In this document: positions 39,681 through 52,746 of the stretch, piece after piece
Layout of the letters: each line of letters starts with the position of its first letter
Position numbering within the stretch: position 1 is the stretch's first letter
Assembly: GCF_006345805.1 (NCBI RefSeq)
Contig: NC_043009.1
Location: 37,014,001 to 37,078,000 of the forward strand
Direction of reading: 5' to 3'
DNA length: 64,000 nt
Source of the DNA: Octopus sinensis
Lineage: Eukaryota
Made by a program: the position numbers and the translations under genes
Notes under the pieces: model-generated
The model's input: only the letters and a program-made list of their open reading frames with translations
The model's database searches: none
Told to the model about the DNA's origin: nothing

Positions 39681-39844
39681 CTGAAGCTGAAAAAGTTCAT
39701 AAACTGGTACTCAGAGTTTCACGTAAGATATTATCAGACAGAAGTGAACATACGAGACAACATAGTGTTCCATACGTTCACTTCGATCTCGTGATCGGTA
39801 ACATGAAACTTTGAGTACCTGTTTATAAAGTTATTCATCTTCAG
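39681..39844. mobile_element. About 165-bp near-palindromic MITE-like element
   Basis: Outer arms about 43 bp (39681-39723 / 39800-39844), inner arms gaagtgaac / gttcacttc; no clear TSD. Confidence 0.5.
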
Positions 39845-39866
39845 TAAAACTATACACACACACTCG

Positions 39867-39918
<52 letters not shown>

Positions 39919-40623
39919 ATCATAATAATAGACATACATATATATGTATATACGTAGGAAAAGGCCTTGGGACGAACTTGTATATCAGTATTGTCACATG
40001 CAGATTTGTTGATAGCTTATCCATGCAGTGCCACAGTGAATTATTGGTGGCGATTTCACATTCCGATTACCATAAGCAGCAGGACATTTGAGCAATCTGG
40101 AACCACAAACATAAATATAGAAAAAAAAAACCCAAAGAAAACATGACTATTTCTTTGGAAACTAATTATAAATAACAGCACTAATATATATGTATATCTT
40201 TATGTATACACAAATATATATACACACATATACTCCTCTTCTTGTTAAAATATAAACAAAATCTCAGAGTGATATTACCAGAGTTAAGTCCCTTATCCAA
40301 TCTTTCTATTTAGATATCTGGTTAATTCATCATCGTTGCCATGACAGCTGTTCCTCATAGCTTTCCGATTCCATTAATGTTCTGCTTAAGATATTACTGT
40401 GAGAATCATTACGATCTATCTGCCCGTTGTTTCTTTGTTATTATTGCCATTAAGGACGTATTTTAAACAACATTTCCACGACTTTCACTAAACCAATATT
40501 GTGTATGTGTCCCCAAAGTGTTGACTGTGTCCTCGAAAATCTCAAACAAAGGTTCAAATACACGGACAAATATACACATAGGCACAGGCACAAATATATA
40601 TGTAAGTGTATGTGCATGTACAC

Positions 40624-40665
<42 letters not shown>

Positions 40666-40680
40666 TGTGTGTGTGTGTGC

Positions 40681-40721
<41 letters not shown>

Positions 40722-40827
40722 ACAGCTTCCTCTTTAGATATATTTTAAAGGCAGAGGCAAATTGTTGATGAACTTCGAAACTTTATTGATTTAAACGAAC
40801 GGTATGGAACTCATACAAAAATATGAA

Positions 40828-41400
<573 letters not shown>

Positions 41401-42163
41401 TGATACAGCATTCATTAACTCTCGATCGCAATCACTTGCACCATTGATTACTACGGCTTAGAGAATCTAGGATAGCTGGTTTACTGCCCAGCCATTCATA
41501 GTGTCCAGCCATCCAGAGTATCTTGGAGAGTTGAACTAAATATAAGCGGACAAGTAAACGGGTATTCAGTTATAATATACCATTTATGTGTGCGTGTATG
41601 TGTGCACGTACGTGTATATATGTGCGTATGTGTTCATGTTTGTGAGCGTATGTGTTCATGAATTGTGGGTGTGGGTACGTTGGGTGGGCGAGTACCTGTT
41701 TGTGTGTGTGTATGTGTGTTCGCGTGTGTACGTGCATATGTATGTATGCCTGTGTGAGTGTTTACGGCATAAGTGGTTGTTCTTGTATGTTGTTTAGTTT
41801 ATCATTCTTGATATTGTAGATGTATAGTCAAAGATGTATAGTCCAGCCATTCATAGTGTCCAGTATCTTGGAGAGTTGAACTAAATATAAGCGGACAAGT
41901 AAACGGGTATTCAGTTATAATATACCATTTTGTGTGACAATGAATACTTTTGGAGACTCACAGATTTCTAAGATATGTTGACTGTGTCCTCAAAAATCTC
42001 AAACGGTTTGAAGTGAAGAGCAGCTATAGAGAAACACAATCGATAAAAAAGAAAATGAAGGAAAAATTTTGAATGTCAATGGCGCTACTTGAGTATATCC
42101 GCAGATAGTGGTTGAAACCAGTAAAAGTCTGAAGATACTCTAAAAGGCTTATGAATTACCTTT

Positions 42164-42194
<31 letters not shown>

Positions 42195-42427
42195 TGTGTG
42201 TGTATGTGTGTATGTGTGTGTGTGTGTGAGTGTGTGCCTATCTATCTTTCTATCTATCTGTCTGTCTGTCTGTCTTTCTGTCTGTCTGTATGTATGTATG
42301 TATGTATGTATATGTGTATGTATGTATATATGTATGTATGTATGTATGTATGTACATACATGATGATCGCACTGGCGGGAAACTCGAGTTACAAGTCACA
42401 CTTGCAGCTTCAATTTTCATTTAAAAA

Positions 42428-42469
<42 letters not shown>

Positions 42470-43041
42470 ACACATACACACACACACACACAAAACACAC
42501 ATGCACGCTCATATCTATAAATAGATATTTCACAACAGATATATTTACAAACACACACACCTGTCTACTTATGTACATGCTTATCAACATACATACATAC
42601 GTACGTACGCATGTATGTACGTTCGTACCTACATGCATACATACATCACCGTATTAAAACCTGCACGCACACACACAAGCACCAAAAAGAAATATACTCA
42701 TCATCCCCCTTTCATAAGCACAAAAGCAGGTCTGATATAAAATTACAAACACAAATTTAGAATCCATTTTCTTTCTCTCTCTTTCTCTCTATGTTGATTT
42801 ATGTCTCATTAAGAGCCAAGTCTTAATAAAGATTCGGGAACTCATTATTTCATTGAGGATTACTTTTGGTCATAGAGAAAACACCAACCACCCTGCGGCG
42901 AGGTTAGAAGTCTTAAGAGTGCGCTTCGTTGTAATTCCCACGGCCAGGCATGAGAAACAGTCTCTATTTTTAGAACTTGCAGCCTTCCTTTTGTTGATCT
43001 AGTTCAAAGGCAAATCGCAATTTCCCTGGTTGTTGATATTA

Positions 43042-43090
<49 letters not shown>

Positions 43091-43146
43091 GCACACGCAC
43101 TCATGTACACACACAGACTCACAGATGCATCTATATGTGTGTGTAC

Positions 43147-43177
<31 letters not shown>

Positions 43178-43818
43178 TGTATGTATGTATGTGTGTATGT
43201 ATGCGTGTATGTATGTGTGTATGTGTATGTGCATCTGTGTTTGCATGCACATTTGTATGTGTGCGTGTGTGTAGGTGTGTGTGTGTGTGTAGGTGTGTGT
43301 GTGTGTGTAACCGCTTGTTTCTTGTCAAGGACGTTACTTGTGGGAGATAGAGACAGAAAGAGTGACCAAGTGAGAGAGAGAGAAAGGAAGAACGCGAGAA
43401 AAAGATAGAATGAGAGAGATAGATAGAGAGAGACAGACAGACAGACAGACAGACTGAAAGTGAGTCGTAGTGTACGGAATGGAGAGAGAGCGAGAAAGGA
43501 GGGTAAAAGCTAGGGAAATTACGATAATGAAAGTAAAGAAACAAAGTGTACGTGTAGATGTTGAGGGAAATTCTAAGTTTCTATGAAAAAAGACAAATTT
43601 GAATTTATAAATTTTAGTGAAAGATGAACAAATTAACGAAAGAGAAGCAATTGAACACAACCCAGAAATAAAACAATTGTATTTGTTTTCCTAATTTTAG
43701 TACCAGTAATTTTTAGGGGAAAGTCCAAGTTGATTAGATTGACCACTGTACTTGAGAAATACTTTATTCTGTTGAACCCGAAAGGCTGAGAGGCAAAGTC
43801 GACCTCGCCAGGATTTGA

Positions 43819-44229
43819 GGATCTTCTCGGTTTGAACGGCAGTTTTTAACATAATTTCTAGGTAACTAAAAAATTTTAAACTTCGTATACTGGTAGAATG
43901 TGTTTATAAAACATCTTTTTCTTCTGGCTTTATTGAGAAAATTCCATAGTTTGTAAGATATTTGTTGTTTCTTTTCTTCAATTTCTGCAATTTCAACCAA
44001 TCAGTGACGTCTATTGAGGTAAAAAAACATTCTGTGCCGTATGAATATGTGCTTCTTTTAAGAAACAGATTGGGTTTATTTACATTTGTAAAGAAAAAAA
44101 GATATATTTCCCCCACCCCTAACCCTAAAACAGATTGAAATGCAATAGATCGATACTAGGGTCATAATTATGGGTGACAGTTTCATATGACACCGCTAGA
44201 AAAAACTGCCGTTCAAACCGAAAATATCC
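43819..44229 (-). mobile_element. Second Merlin-like MITE copy, inserted in an old SINE B (about 43700-44310)
   Basis: Same family as 37768-38213, opposite orientation; 8-bp TSD ggatttga at 43811-43818 and 44230-44237. Confidence 0.85.
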
Positions 44230-44529
44230 GGATTTGAAATCAGGACGTAAAGGGCCGGAGCAAATGCTGCTAAGCATTTTTCCGGTATGCTAACAATTCT
44301 GTCAACTTGTCGCTTTAATGTGACGTTAATAATAATCCTTTCTGTTAAAGGTACGAGACCTGGAATATTTGATGGAGCAGCCGATTACATTAATCCCAGG
44401 GCTCATCGGGTAATGTCGACCTCGGCCGAAAATCCTAAAAATAGGACTTAGCTGAAACGATGCAACTAAGCATTTTTCTGACGCGCAATTAATTCTGCCA
44501 GATCGCTGCCCTCACGTAATAATGGTTTG

Positions 44530-44735
44530 AAATTTTGGTACAATGCCCAGGAACTTCGGGAAAAGGGGTAAGTCGATTACATCGACCCCAGTGCGTAACT
44601 GGTACTTATTTAATCTACCCCGGAAGGATGAAAGGAATAACGTCGACCTCGGCGGAATTTGAACTCACAACGTAGCGGCAGACGAAATACCGCTAAGCAT
44701 TTCGCCCGGCGTGCTAACGTTTCTGCCAGCTCGCC
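44530..44735 (-). mobile_element. SINE group B (young-type body, old-type tail)
   Basis: Body matches young copies; tail lacks ccccttgtggg...aaagaaa. Confidence 0.85.
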
Positions 44736-45615
44736 GGCTTGCCTTGAAGTAATAATAACACTAGTACTATAAAAGTATAGAAAAATCGAATGGCAAATTC
44801 GAAGTTCCATTTAACCGCGGTATGCATTTACTTTCTTATAATTTTCTCAAACAGCTACACTCTCTCATACTTAAATGTATTTTAGACCTAATTTATCCTG
44901 TACAGAATATATTATGTAATAGCTATTTTTCAAGTAAGCGAAGAACATTTGGGTTTATAAAATAAATTTTATTAAAAAGCAACTGAAATTGTGGAACCTC
45001 ATAATTTTTTCGCAGAAACCTGGGATTCTTCGGGACCGACTTTCGGGAAACCGCGACATATAATGCACTCTAAACTTCATCAATATGGACTGAAAGGGAG
45101 ATTGATTCCACATTTGTTTCATACTATGAAACCATCTCGTTCATACGAATCCTTTATAAATATCCAAAGGCATAAAATACTGGAGATGTTTAAAGATTTT
45201 TATGAGAGATTAAAGTAGTTCTGTGGCATTAAGATATGTTTACTTTTCTGGTGTTAATGTAGCAAAACCTAGATTTAATAGTTGATTCCAGTTGACTAGA
45301 ATAACAAACGGCGTCAGTGAAAACTCAAGCTCAGAAGCGCTGACATTGATCAACCAGAATCTGGTGACAGTATGTCAAACAAATTGAAGTAATTAAGATA
45401 TTTGTATCTTGTTGTTTTAATAACTGTGTTGATATGATAGAGACAAGAATAAGATATGAAAGGAATTTAACTAACTGCAGTTTAGCGGAAATTTGTAAAT
45501 AAACCTCTCAGAAAGAAATTTATATATTTGGATGGAACGGGCTGGGTTACCCAGTTCAGGTAACTGATGGAAATGTAATGAGAAACAAAGCACGAATGAA
45601 TTCCTTATTAAAGTT

Positions 45616-46266
45616 ACTTATTTCTTTATTGCCCACAAGGGGCTAAACATAGAGGGGACAAACAAGGACAAAGGGATTAAGTCGATTACATCGGCCCCCA
45701 GTGCGTAACTGGTGCTTAATTTATCGACCTCGAAAGGATGAAAGGCAAAGTCGACCTCAGCGGAATTTGAATTCAGAACGTAACGGCAGACGAAATATTT
45801 ATTACTTTACTACCCACAAGGGGCTAAACACAGAGGGGACAAACAAGGAGATACAAACGGATTAAGTCGATTACATCGACCCCAGTGCATAACTAGTACT
45901 TATTTAATCGACCCCGAAAGGATGAAAGGTAAAGTCGACCTCGGCGAAATTTGAACTCAGAACACAACGGCAGACGAAATACCACTAAGCATTTCGCCTG
46001 GCGTGCTAACGCTTCTGCCAGCTCGCCGCCTTATATAATTATTTCTTTACTACACACAAGGGGCTACACAGAGAGGACAAACAAGGACAGACAAACGGAT
46101 TAAGTCGATTACATCAACTCCAGTGCGTAATTGATACTTAATTTATCGACCCCGAAAGGATGAAAGGCAAAGTCGACCTCGGTGGAATTTGAACTCAGAA
46201 CGTAACGGCAGACGAAATATGGCTTCGCATTTCGCCCGGCGTGCTAACGTTTCTGCCAGCTCGCCT
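45616..46266 (-). mobile_element. SINE B trimer bounded by one TSD
   Basis: Two full units and one 5'-truncated unit; 13-bp ccttattaaagtt at 45603-45615 and 46267-46279. Confidence 0.92.
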
Positions 46267-46459
46267 CCTTATTAAAGTTTCTTGGCAAACAGATGTACAT
46301 GTTTTCTCTATTGTGCATCAGAAGTTTTAACTCTTTCCGTTTCGTTTGTCACTGAGTGAGTCCAAATCGTAGCCCCCACCCCCTCACCATCATGATGATT
46401 TATATATAAGTACCAGTTACGCACTGGGGTTGATGTAATCGACTTAATCCATTATATAT

Positions 46460-46620
46460 GACGTGTTTCTTTCAGTTTTCTTTTACCAAATCTACTCACA
46501 AGGCTTTGGTCGGTCCGATGCTATAGTGGAAGACATTTGCTCAAGGCGCCACACAGTGGAACTGAACCCAGAATCATGTGATTGGGAATCAAGCTTCGTA
46601 CCACACAGCCATGCGTGCGT
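46460..46620 (-). mobile_element. Old SINE group A, 5' half
   Basis: Degenerate homology to about 315-475. Confidence 0.75.
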
Positions 46621-46676
46621 ACATTTGGTGAAGAATACATACATACATACATCCATACATACATACATACATACAT

Positions 46677-46747
<71 letters not shown>

Positions 46748-47122
46748 ATTAACTTTTCATAAAGAGTGAAGCGTACAATTCCTGTAAGCCGGACCGCAGA
46801 TAAAGAAGTTAATTCAGAGGCATTGACAGGTACCATCATTAATAATAAATGGTGGCACGCCCTAAAAAGAGCCATAAAATATGAGTCTATTAGGTTTAAC
46901 ATAAGTATGTCCTGAAGGATGGCGAAGGGGATGGATTAGAACAGCCATTCTGAATCACGGGGCTCACACTTGCGGACAGGCATCTTTGACCCGACAGCGG
47001 TAAGCAGGGACATGGTCCGGGGGTCGTGAACGCCGGAGGTCTCCGCTGACGCAAGCTCGACCATGAACCTGTCAGAGAGCGACCGATAACTTGGCAGGCT
47101 TTTCCCAACCTGACGAGCAGCG

Positions 47123-47180
47123 CAGAGGAGCCTGTAAACTATCGTCCAATATCACTTATCTCTCAAATCATTAAAATACG
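47123..47180 (+). pseudogene. Short CR1/L2/Jockey-type RT fragment
   Basis: AEEPVNYRPISLISQIIKI resembles the NYRPISL motif. Confidence 0.5.
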
Positions 47181-47877
47181 TAGTCAACTCCCCAAAAAAT
47201 GTAGGATGTCTCATATCGTGTTCAACTTCCAAAATACTCATAGGTGTCTTTAAGTGTATAAGTTCCACTAATAGCAATGGTAGGAGGGCAGAGATAAGGC
47301 AAACAAAAAAAGTATTGGAAGGAGAAGCCCATCTCCTCTACATTCAACTAATGCTCATAATTCTTTGCAAAACAAAGAACTAATAAATCCTATTGAAGGA
47401 ACTGAAGGAAGACGAAGGAAGGAGTAGTTATGTGTTGGAACAGCTAAATGCTAGTCTGCAAATATACACTGCACTAGTAGTCTATGATGTTTTAATGTGC
47501 AACCTCTTAAAGGATGGGGAAATTTTCTTGTCCAGTCAGACACTCAAATGATCACGGAGGCTTTCCTGTAGAGCAGGATGTCAGGCAGTCTGCGTCGTGG
47601 GGTGATTAAGCACCACTTAAGTTGTGAGTTCTCACTCGTGTGTGAGTGGGCTACTCTCCTGATCCTCATGTTTTATTTATGTTACATCTTTTGTTATTTA
47701 TTGTGTATCTATATATGTGCATAATTTATATTTAATTGCTTACTTATATTTAATTGTATACAGACTCTGGCATTCTCTACCTTTGTATATAACTTTGTTT
47801 TAGCCTTCCACACGCGTTCGTACATGTATAACATGTTTCTGGTATGTTGGGAAGGGTCCTGACGGCGTAATAAAATA

Positions 47878-47931
47878 GTCATCATCATCATCGTCATCGT
47901 CGTCGTCGTCGACGTCATCATCATCATCGTC

Positions 47932-47991
<60 letters not shown>

Positions 47992-48045
47992 TTCATCATC
48001 ATCATCATCATCATCATTATCACCATCATCATTATCATCCAAAGA
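47878..48045 (+). repeat. (ATC)n/(GTC)n microsatellite
   Basis: Read directly; explains the poly-M and poly-D ORFs. Confidence 0.95.
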
Positions 48046-48759
48046 TATCAGCATTTATCATTGTTCATCTCGATCAACGTCATAATTATTAAGCATAATT
48101 CTTATTTTCATTATTTTCGGCAGACGTTGTAAAAAAAATATTATCATCATCATCATCATCATCACCGCCACCACTATCAGCTCCACTATCTTTCATTTCT
48201 CTTCAATCACCTCATCTACCGTTCCTCCAACTCCTCGTTTGCACCCACCACTACGGTCGACACCACCAACACTACCACCATCTCCACCAGCATCACAACA
48301 ATCACCACCACCACCACAACCCCCCACCACCACAACCCCCCCCCACCACCACCACAACCCCCCACCACCACAACCCCCCCCCACCACCACCAACAACAAC
48401 AATAACAGCAATAACAACAGCTGACAACAATAACAACATAATCAGAATTATTTGGGTTTTCTGTTGAAGAATTATGTCTTGATATAAATCAAAATTCCTG
48501 AAGGATGCGAAAGCTTTGAAAAAAATTTGCTTATTACGTGAGTAAGGAATTAAAATTGTTATATTCTCCTTTTCTTGCCGCTGGGATATTTACATATACA
48601 ACTAAATATCCCAGAAACTAATGAAATTAATTTTCAACTAGTAAAAATTATTACTATTAAATATTTTAATAGATCTTCGGTGGAAGGAAGAAAGACAATT
48701 AGGAGGAGAAAACAAATAAGTATCGTGCGAATCATGAACATTTGCTAGTTTGTCTAAAC

Positions 48760-48960
48760 CAGTTGTTCTCGACCGGGGACCAAATGGCCCCTGATGGTCT
48801 ATATAAGATTTGGGAGAGGGTGGGGAAAGGTCCATGCAACAAAATAGTGAATTGGGGATCCTCAATAGAATTTGAAGAGCCCCTGAAAAAAATTTTGTTT
48901 TAGATGTATGTATTGGTAAGTATTGCAAAAAACAGCTAGGTTTGTTTCTCTAATATTTTA
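48760..48960 (+). mobile_element. hAT-Charlie-like left terminus
   Basis: cagttgttctcgaccgggg preceded by gtctaaac (NTCTARAN-like site); no right end found. Confidence 0.5.
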
Positions 48961-48962
48961 CA

Positions 48963-49362
48963 GGCGCAGGAGTGGCTGTGTGGTAAGTCGCTTGATTACC
49001 AAACAGATGGCTCCGGATTCACTCCCACTGCGTGGCACCTTGGGCAAGTGTTTTCTACTATAGCCTGGGGCCGAGCAAATCCTTATGAGTGGATTTGGTA
49101 GACAGAAACTGAAAGAAGGCCGACGTATATATGTGTATGTATATATATGTGTGTGTATTTGTGTGTCTGTGTTTGTCCCCTCAGCATCGCTTGACAACCG
49201 ATGCTGGTGTGTTTACGTCCCCATAACTTAGCGGTTCGGCAAAAGAGACCGATAGAATAAGTACTAGGCTTACAAAGAATATGTCCTGGGGTTGATTTTC
49301 TCGACTAAAGGCGGTGCTACAGCATGGCCGCAGTCAAATGACTGAAACAAGTAAAAGAGTAG
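48963..49362 (+). mobile_element. SINE group A, full length
   Basis: Full homology to the other A copies. Confidence 0.92.
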
Positions 49363-49596
49363 AAGAGAATTCAAACTGCACATGCTAATATGTGAAAAAC
49401 TGAAACTGAAAGAAACCGAAGGAAAATAACTGAACTGCGACCACGCTCAATAAAAGGAGCCCGAGTTATTGGCTGAAATTACATACTTTAAGTCAGTGTT
49501 GGCAGAAATGAAATCAGTTGAAAATACACCACGTTCACTTTACTAAATTTATACTCAGGCTAAGCCCGAACAGCCCGAGTGCCGGAATCGCCACTG

Positions 49597-49646
<50 letters not shown>

Positions 49647-49651
<5 letters not shown>

Positions 49652-49790
49652 CAGCCGAAATTTCGAGGATGATCCGGTTCTTCACTGAAGATCAAAGGCT
49701 TCGAATGACCCGTCCGTGTTTTTTTTGTATCGTCTATCTAGATGTTTATTGTCCCGTTTTGTGTTCTTGTCCCATTTTGTATTTTATTAT
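49647..49790 (+). mobile_element. Short element between (TA)n tracts, with a related copy at about 60797-60920 (minus strand)
   Basis: Shared ggatgatc.gg...ctgaaga...aaggc...gaatg.ccc.tcc; possibly a PLE pseudo-LTR remnant. Confidence 0.5.
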
Positions 49791-50411
49791 ATATATATAT
49801 ACATACATACATGATGGCTTAGGAGTGCCCTGTGTCAGAAAATATCATTCGTAGTGGATTTTCACTCGATATCATTCACACGCGCCTGACTCGGTCTCAG
49901 AAGTTACAACCCGAGTTGTAATCTATAATCGTAAAAATTAAAAGTAATTCAAATTCAATGTTTTCTTGAGAAAATAAATTTCTTTAGAGATTAGGATTTA
50001 AATTCCAATCTATGAAAAATTTCCGTTCTACAATATTCTTAAAGGAGAAAAAAATTATCCAGCAACTCGGGCTAATACGAACGAGCCTGGTAAGGTATAA
50101 GAGACCAATTTGTATCTCTTATCAAGAGTACAGACGACAGCCAGATCACTGATGTTTGTTGTTCACTCTGTCGTCGTTACTTGATTGCTGTTATTCTGTG
50201 TGTCTGTGTGTAATGATCAGTTATGTTTTGCAGGGTTGGTTTATTTTTACCCCACACTTAGAAATGGAGAAAGCTATAGTGCTAGATATAGAAAAGATAA
50301 GCCATTTGGGACTAGAAATATTGCTGAAAAAACGTGAAGCTCTTCGAACAAGCATGTGTCTTATGCAAAATCTGTGTGAGCTCGAGTGACGCTGATAACC
50401 TGGAGTCGCCA

Positions 50412-50458
<47 letters not shown>

Positions 50459-50460
<2 letters not shown>

Positions 50461-50863
50461 AATGTGAGGATAAAAATTTAAGCGTTCACTTCCGAACTAA
50501 CTAACTCACTCTGTGAGAGCCTCAGTTCAAATCGCACGTGTCTTGAATGGGCTGGAGTATTTCTATTTTGGATGTATTTGGGGTACTTAGTTGTGCCCAT
50601 GACTTAGTATTTGCTTCTTCCATGGGTATGAGTAAGTATCTCATTTATTTCTTTTGCCACATGTATCACTGACGAAGAGAGGGCTCTTAGTAGCTAACTC
50701 TGAAATCGGTCCGATATGGTAATAATGGAATTTTTTAGAAATTTCTGTCGACCTTTTTTCGGGTAGCGTGCGTATTGTGAAAAAATTATATGGTTAATGG
50801 ACAATATGTCCAATTTTTCGGCATATTTGGCATTAGATTTTTTTTCCTTTGCCCTCATTTATG

Positions 50864-50868
<5 letters not shown>
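50459..50868 (+). mobile_element. About 410-bp PLE-like piece between (TA)n tracts with a degenerate hammerhead-like motif (50663-50716)
   Basis: gtatca CTGACGA a gag...ctc t GAAA tcg GTC cgatat; stem I pairs at 5 of 6 positions. Confidence 0.45.
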
Positions 50869-50932
<64 letters not shown>

Positions 50933-50934
50933 GT

Positions 50935-51140
50935 GTGTGTGTGGTGTGTCTTTGTGTGTGTGTGTCTTTGTGTGTGTGTTCACCCCGCTCCGCCGCTGGA
51001 CAACTTGTGTTGGTGTGTCTACGCTCCTATAATGTTGTGGTTCGGCAAAGGAAACTGATAGAATAAGTACTAGACTTACTACATCAAAAGTACTAGGGTC
51101 GATTCCTTCGACTAAAAGTTCTTCAAGGTGGTGCCCCAGG
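50935..51140 (+). mobile_element. Old SINE group A, 3' half
   Basis: ggttcggcaaaggaaactgatagaataagtact...ggtcgatt.cttcgactaaa...aaggtggtgccccag. Confidence 0.75.
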
Positions 51141-51224
51141 TATTCTAAGCCGACGCTTTAACGACTCAATAGCAGAAACAAGACTTAGGTTGTAGCTGTT
51201 GTTGTTGATGATGATGACGATGAC

Positions 51225-51258
<34 letters not shown>

Positions 51259-51980
51259 ATCTATGATGATATCGAGCAAAGAAAAAAGATGATTGTTTAG
51301 AACAAGAACAAGGTACAACGAAATTTTTTTTTCGGAATTGTAACAGGAAGCTTGTTACTACAGTGAGTTACATGTACGACGGCGACCGATATCGAAAGAG
51401 CAGGACTGAAATATATTGCTTATATAATAAATGTTACCACAGAATAACTTGGTAGTACTGTTGTTGATTTAGAAGGTGAGACAAACACAGAAAACGATGA
51501 ATAAACAGCCAGAGAGAGGGAGATAGAGAGAGGAATAGGGAGAGAGAGAGGAATAGGGAGAGAGAGAGTAAGAAGAAGGGCAGATGGGAATGAAGCAGGT
51601 AGAATAATAATAGTAACTGTGAGTTTATACAAACCAACCGAGCCAACGTATGGAAGCCATTAAGGAACGAGAAAAAAAAAAGAAGGTAAAAAAAAGAAAA
51701 AGCGTTTTAAGACTGACAGTGAAAAATAAACATTTCAGCTGCATTAAACGGAACCTGTGAATATTTCATATGTTAAGGCAAGAAGGATTCACCAAGCGTA
51801 TCGTGTGTCTGAAGATTATTTCTTTATTTAATATTTTTGTTTGTCTGCAAACTACAGTCAGTCTATTGGCTTAAATCTAGGTCGTAGTTCTATTTGCAGT
51901 AGACTTCCAAAAAGTCTTTTGGTAGGTGATAGAAATTAGAAAATAAGTTCTGTTCAAATAAGAACAGCAATCATTTCTTT

Positions 51981-52006
51981 TAATAATAATAATAATAATG
52001 ATGATG

Positions 52007-52037
<31 letters not shown>

Positions 52038-52039
52038 TG

Positions 52040-52093
<54 letters not shown>

Positions 52094-52111
52094 TAATAAT
52101 AATAATAATAA
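51981..52111 (+). repeat. (AAT)n microsatellite
   Basis: Read directly from the sequence. Confidence 0.95.
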
Positions 52112-52250
52112 GGAAAAGGGTTTGGGTTACTTTTGATATCCAACACGCTGTATATTATAACTGCTAAGATCAGTTAAAATGATTTCCACCGTGTCATGAA
52201 GAAGAAAGAGAATATTGTTTGTGTGTATATGTGCTTGTGTGTATGTATGC

Positions 52251-52283
<33 letters not shown>

Positions 52284-52366
52284 TGTATGTATGTATGTAT
52301 GTATGTATGTATTTAGGTATGAATGTGTGTACATTCATACATGAACGCTCCCGCGCACACGCACAC

Positions 52367-52420
<54 letters not shown>

Positions 52421-52540
52421 CATATGCTCACATATACATTGGCATTTTGTGTGTGTAAACTCATGTATAAAAATATAATGTTGGAAATATATGAGTGTGT
52501 CTGTACATAATTACATACACGCATACATACATATTTATAC

Positions 52541-52575
<35 letters not shown>

Positions 52576-52596
52576 GTATATACATATACATATATA

Positions 52597-52646
<50 letters not shown>

Positions 52647-52704
52647 CATACAAACATACATACACACACACACACACCACACACACACACACACCACACA
52701 CACA

Positions 52705-52746
<42 letters not shown>

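Noticed and set aside
45616-46266. Regularly repeated about 220-bp units that could suggest a CRISPR-like or satellite array
   Set aside because: The units are SINE B copies also found dispersed with TSDs; there are no unique spacers or cas genes, and the context is eukaryotic.
49670-49715. CTGAAGA...GAATG motif as an active hammerhead (also about 60860-60900)
   Set aside because: GAAA is replaced by GAAT and helix III does not close in either copy; kept only as a repeat family.
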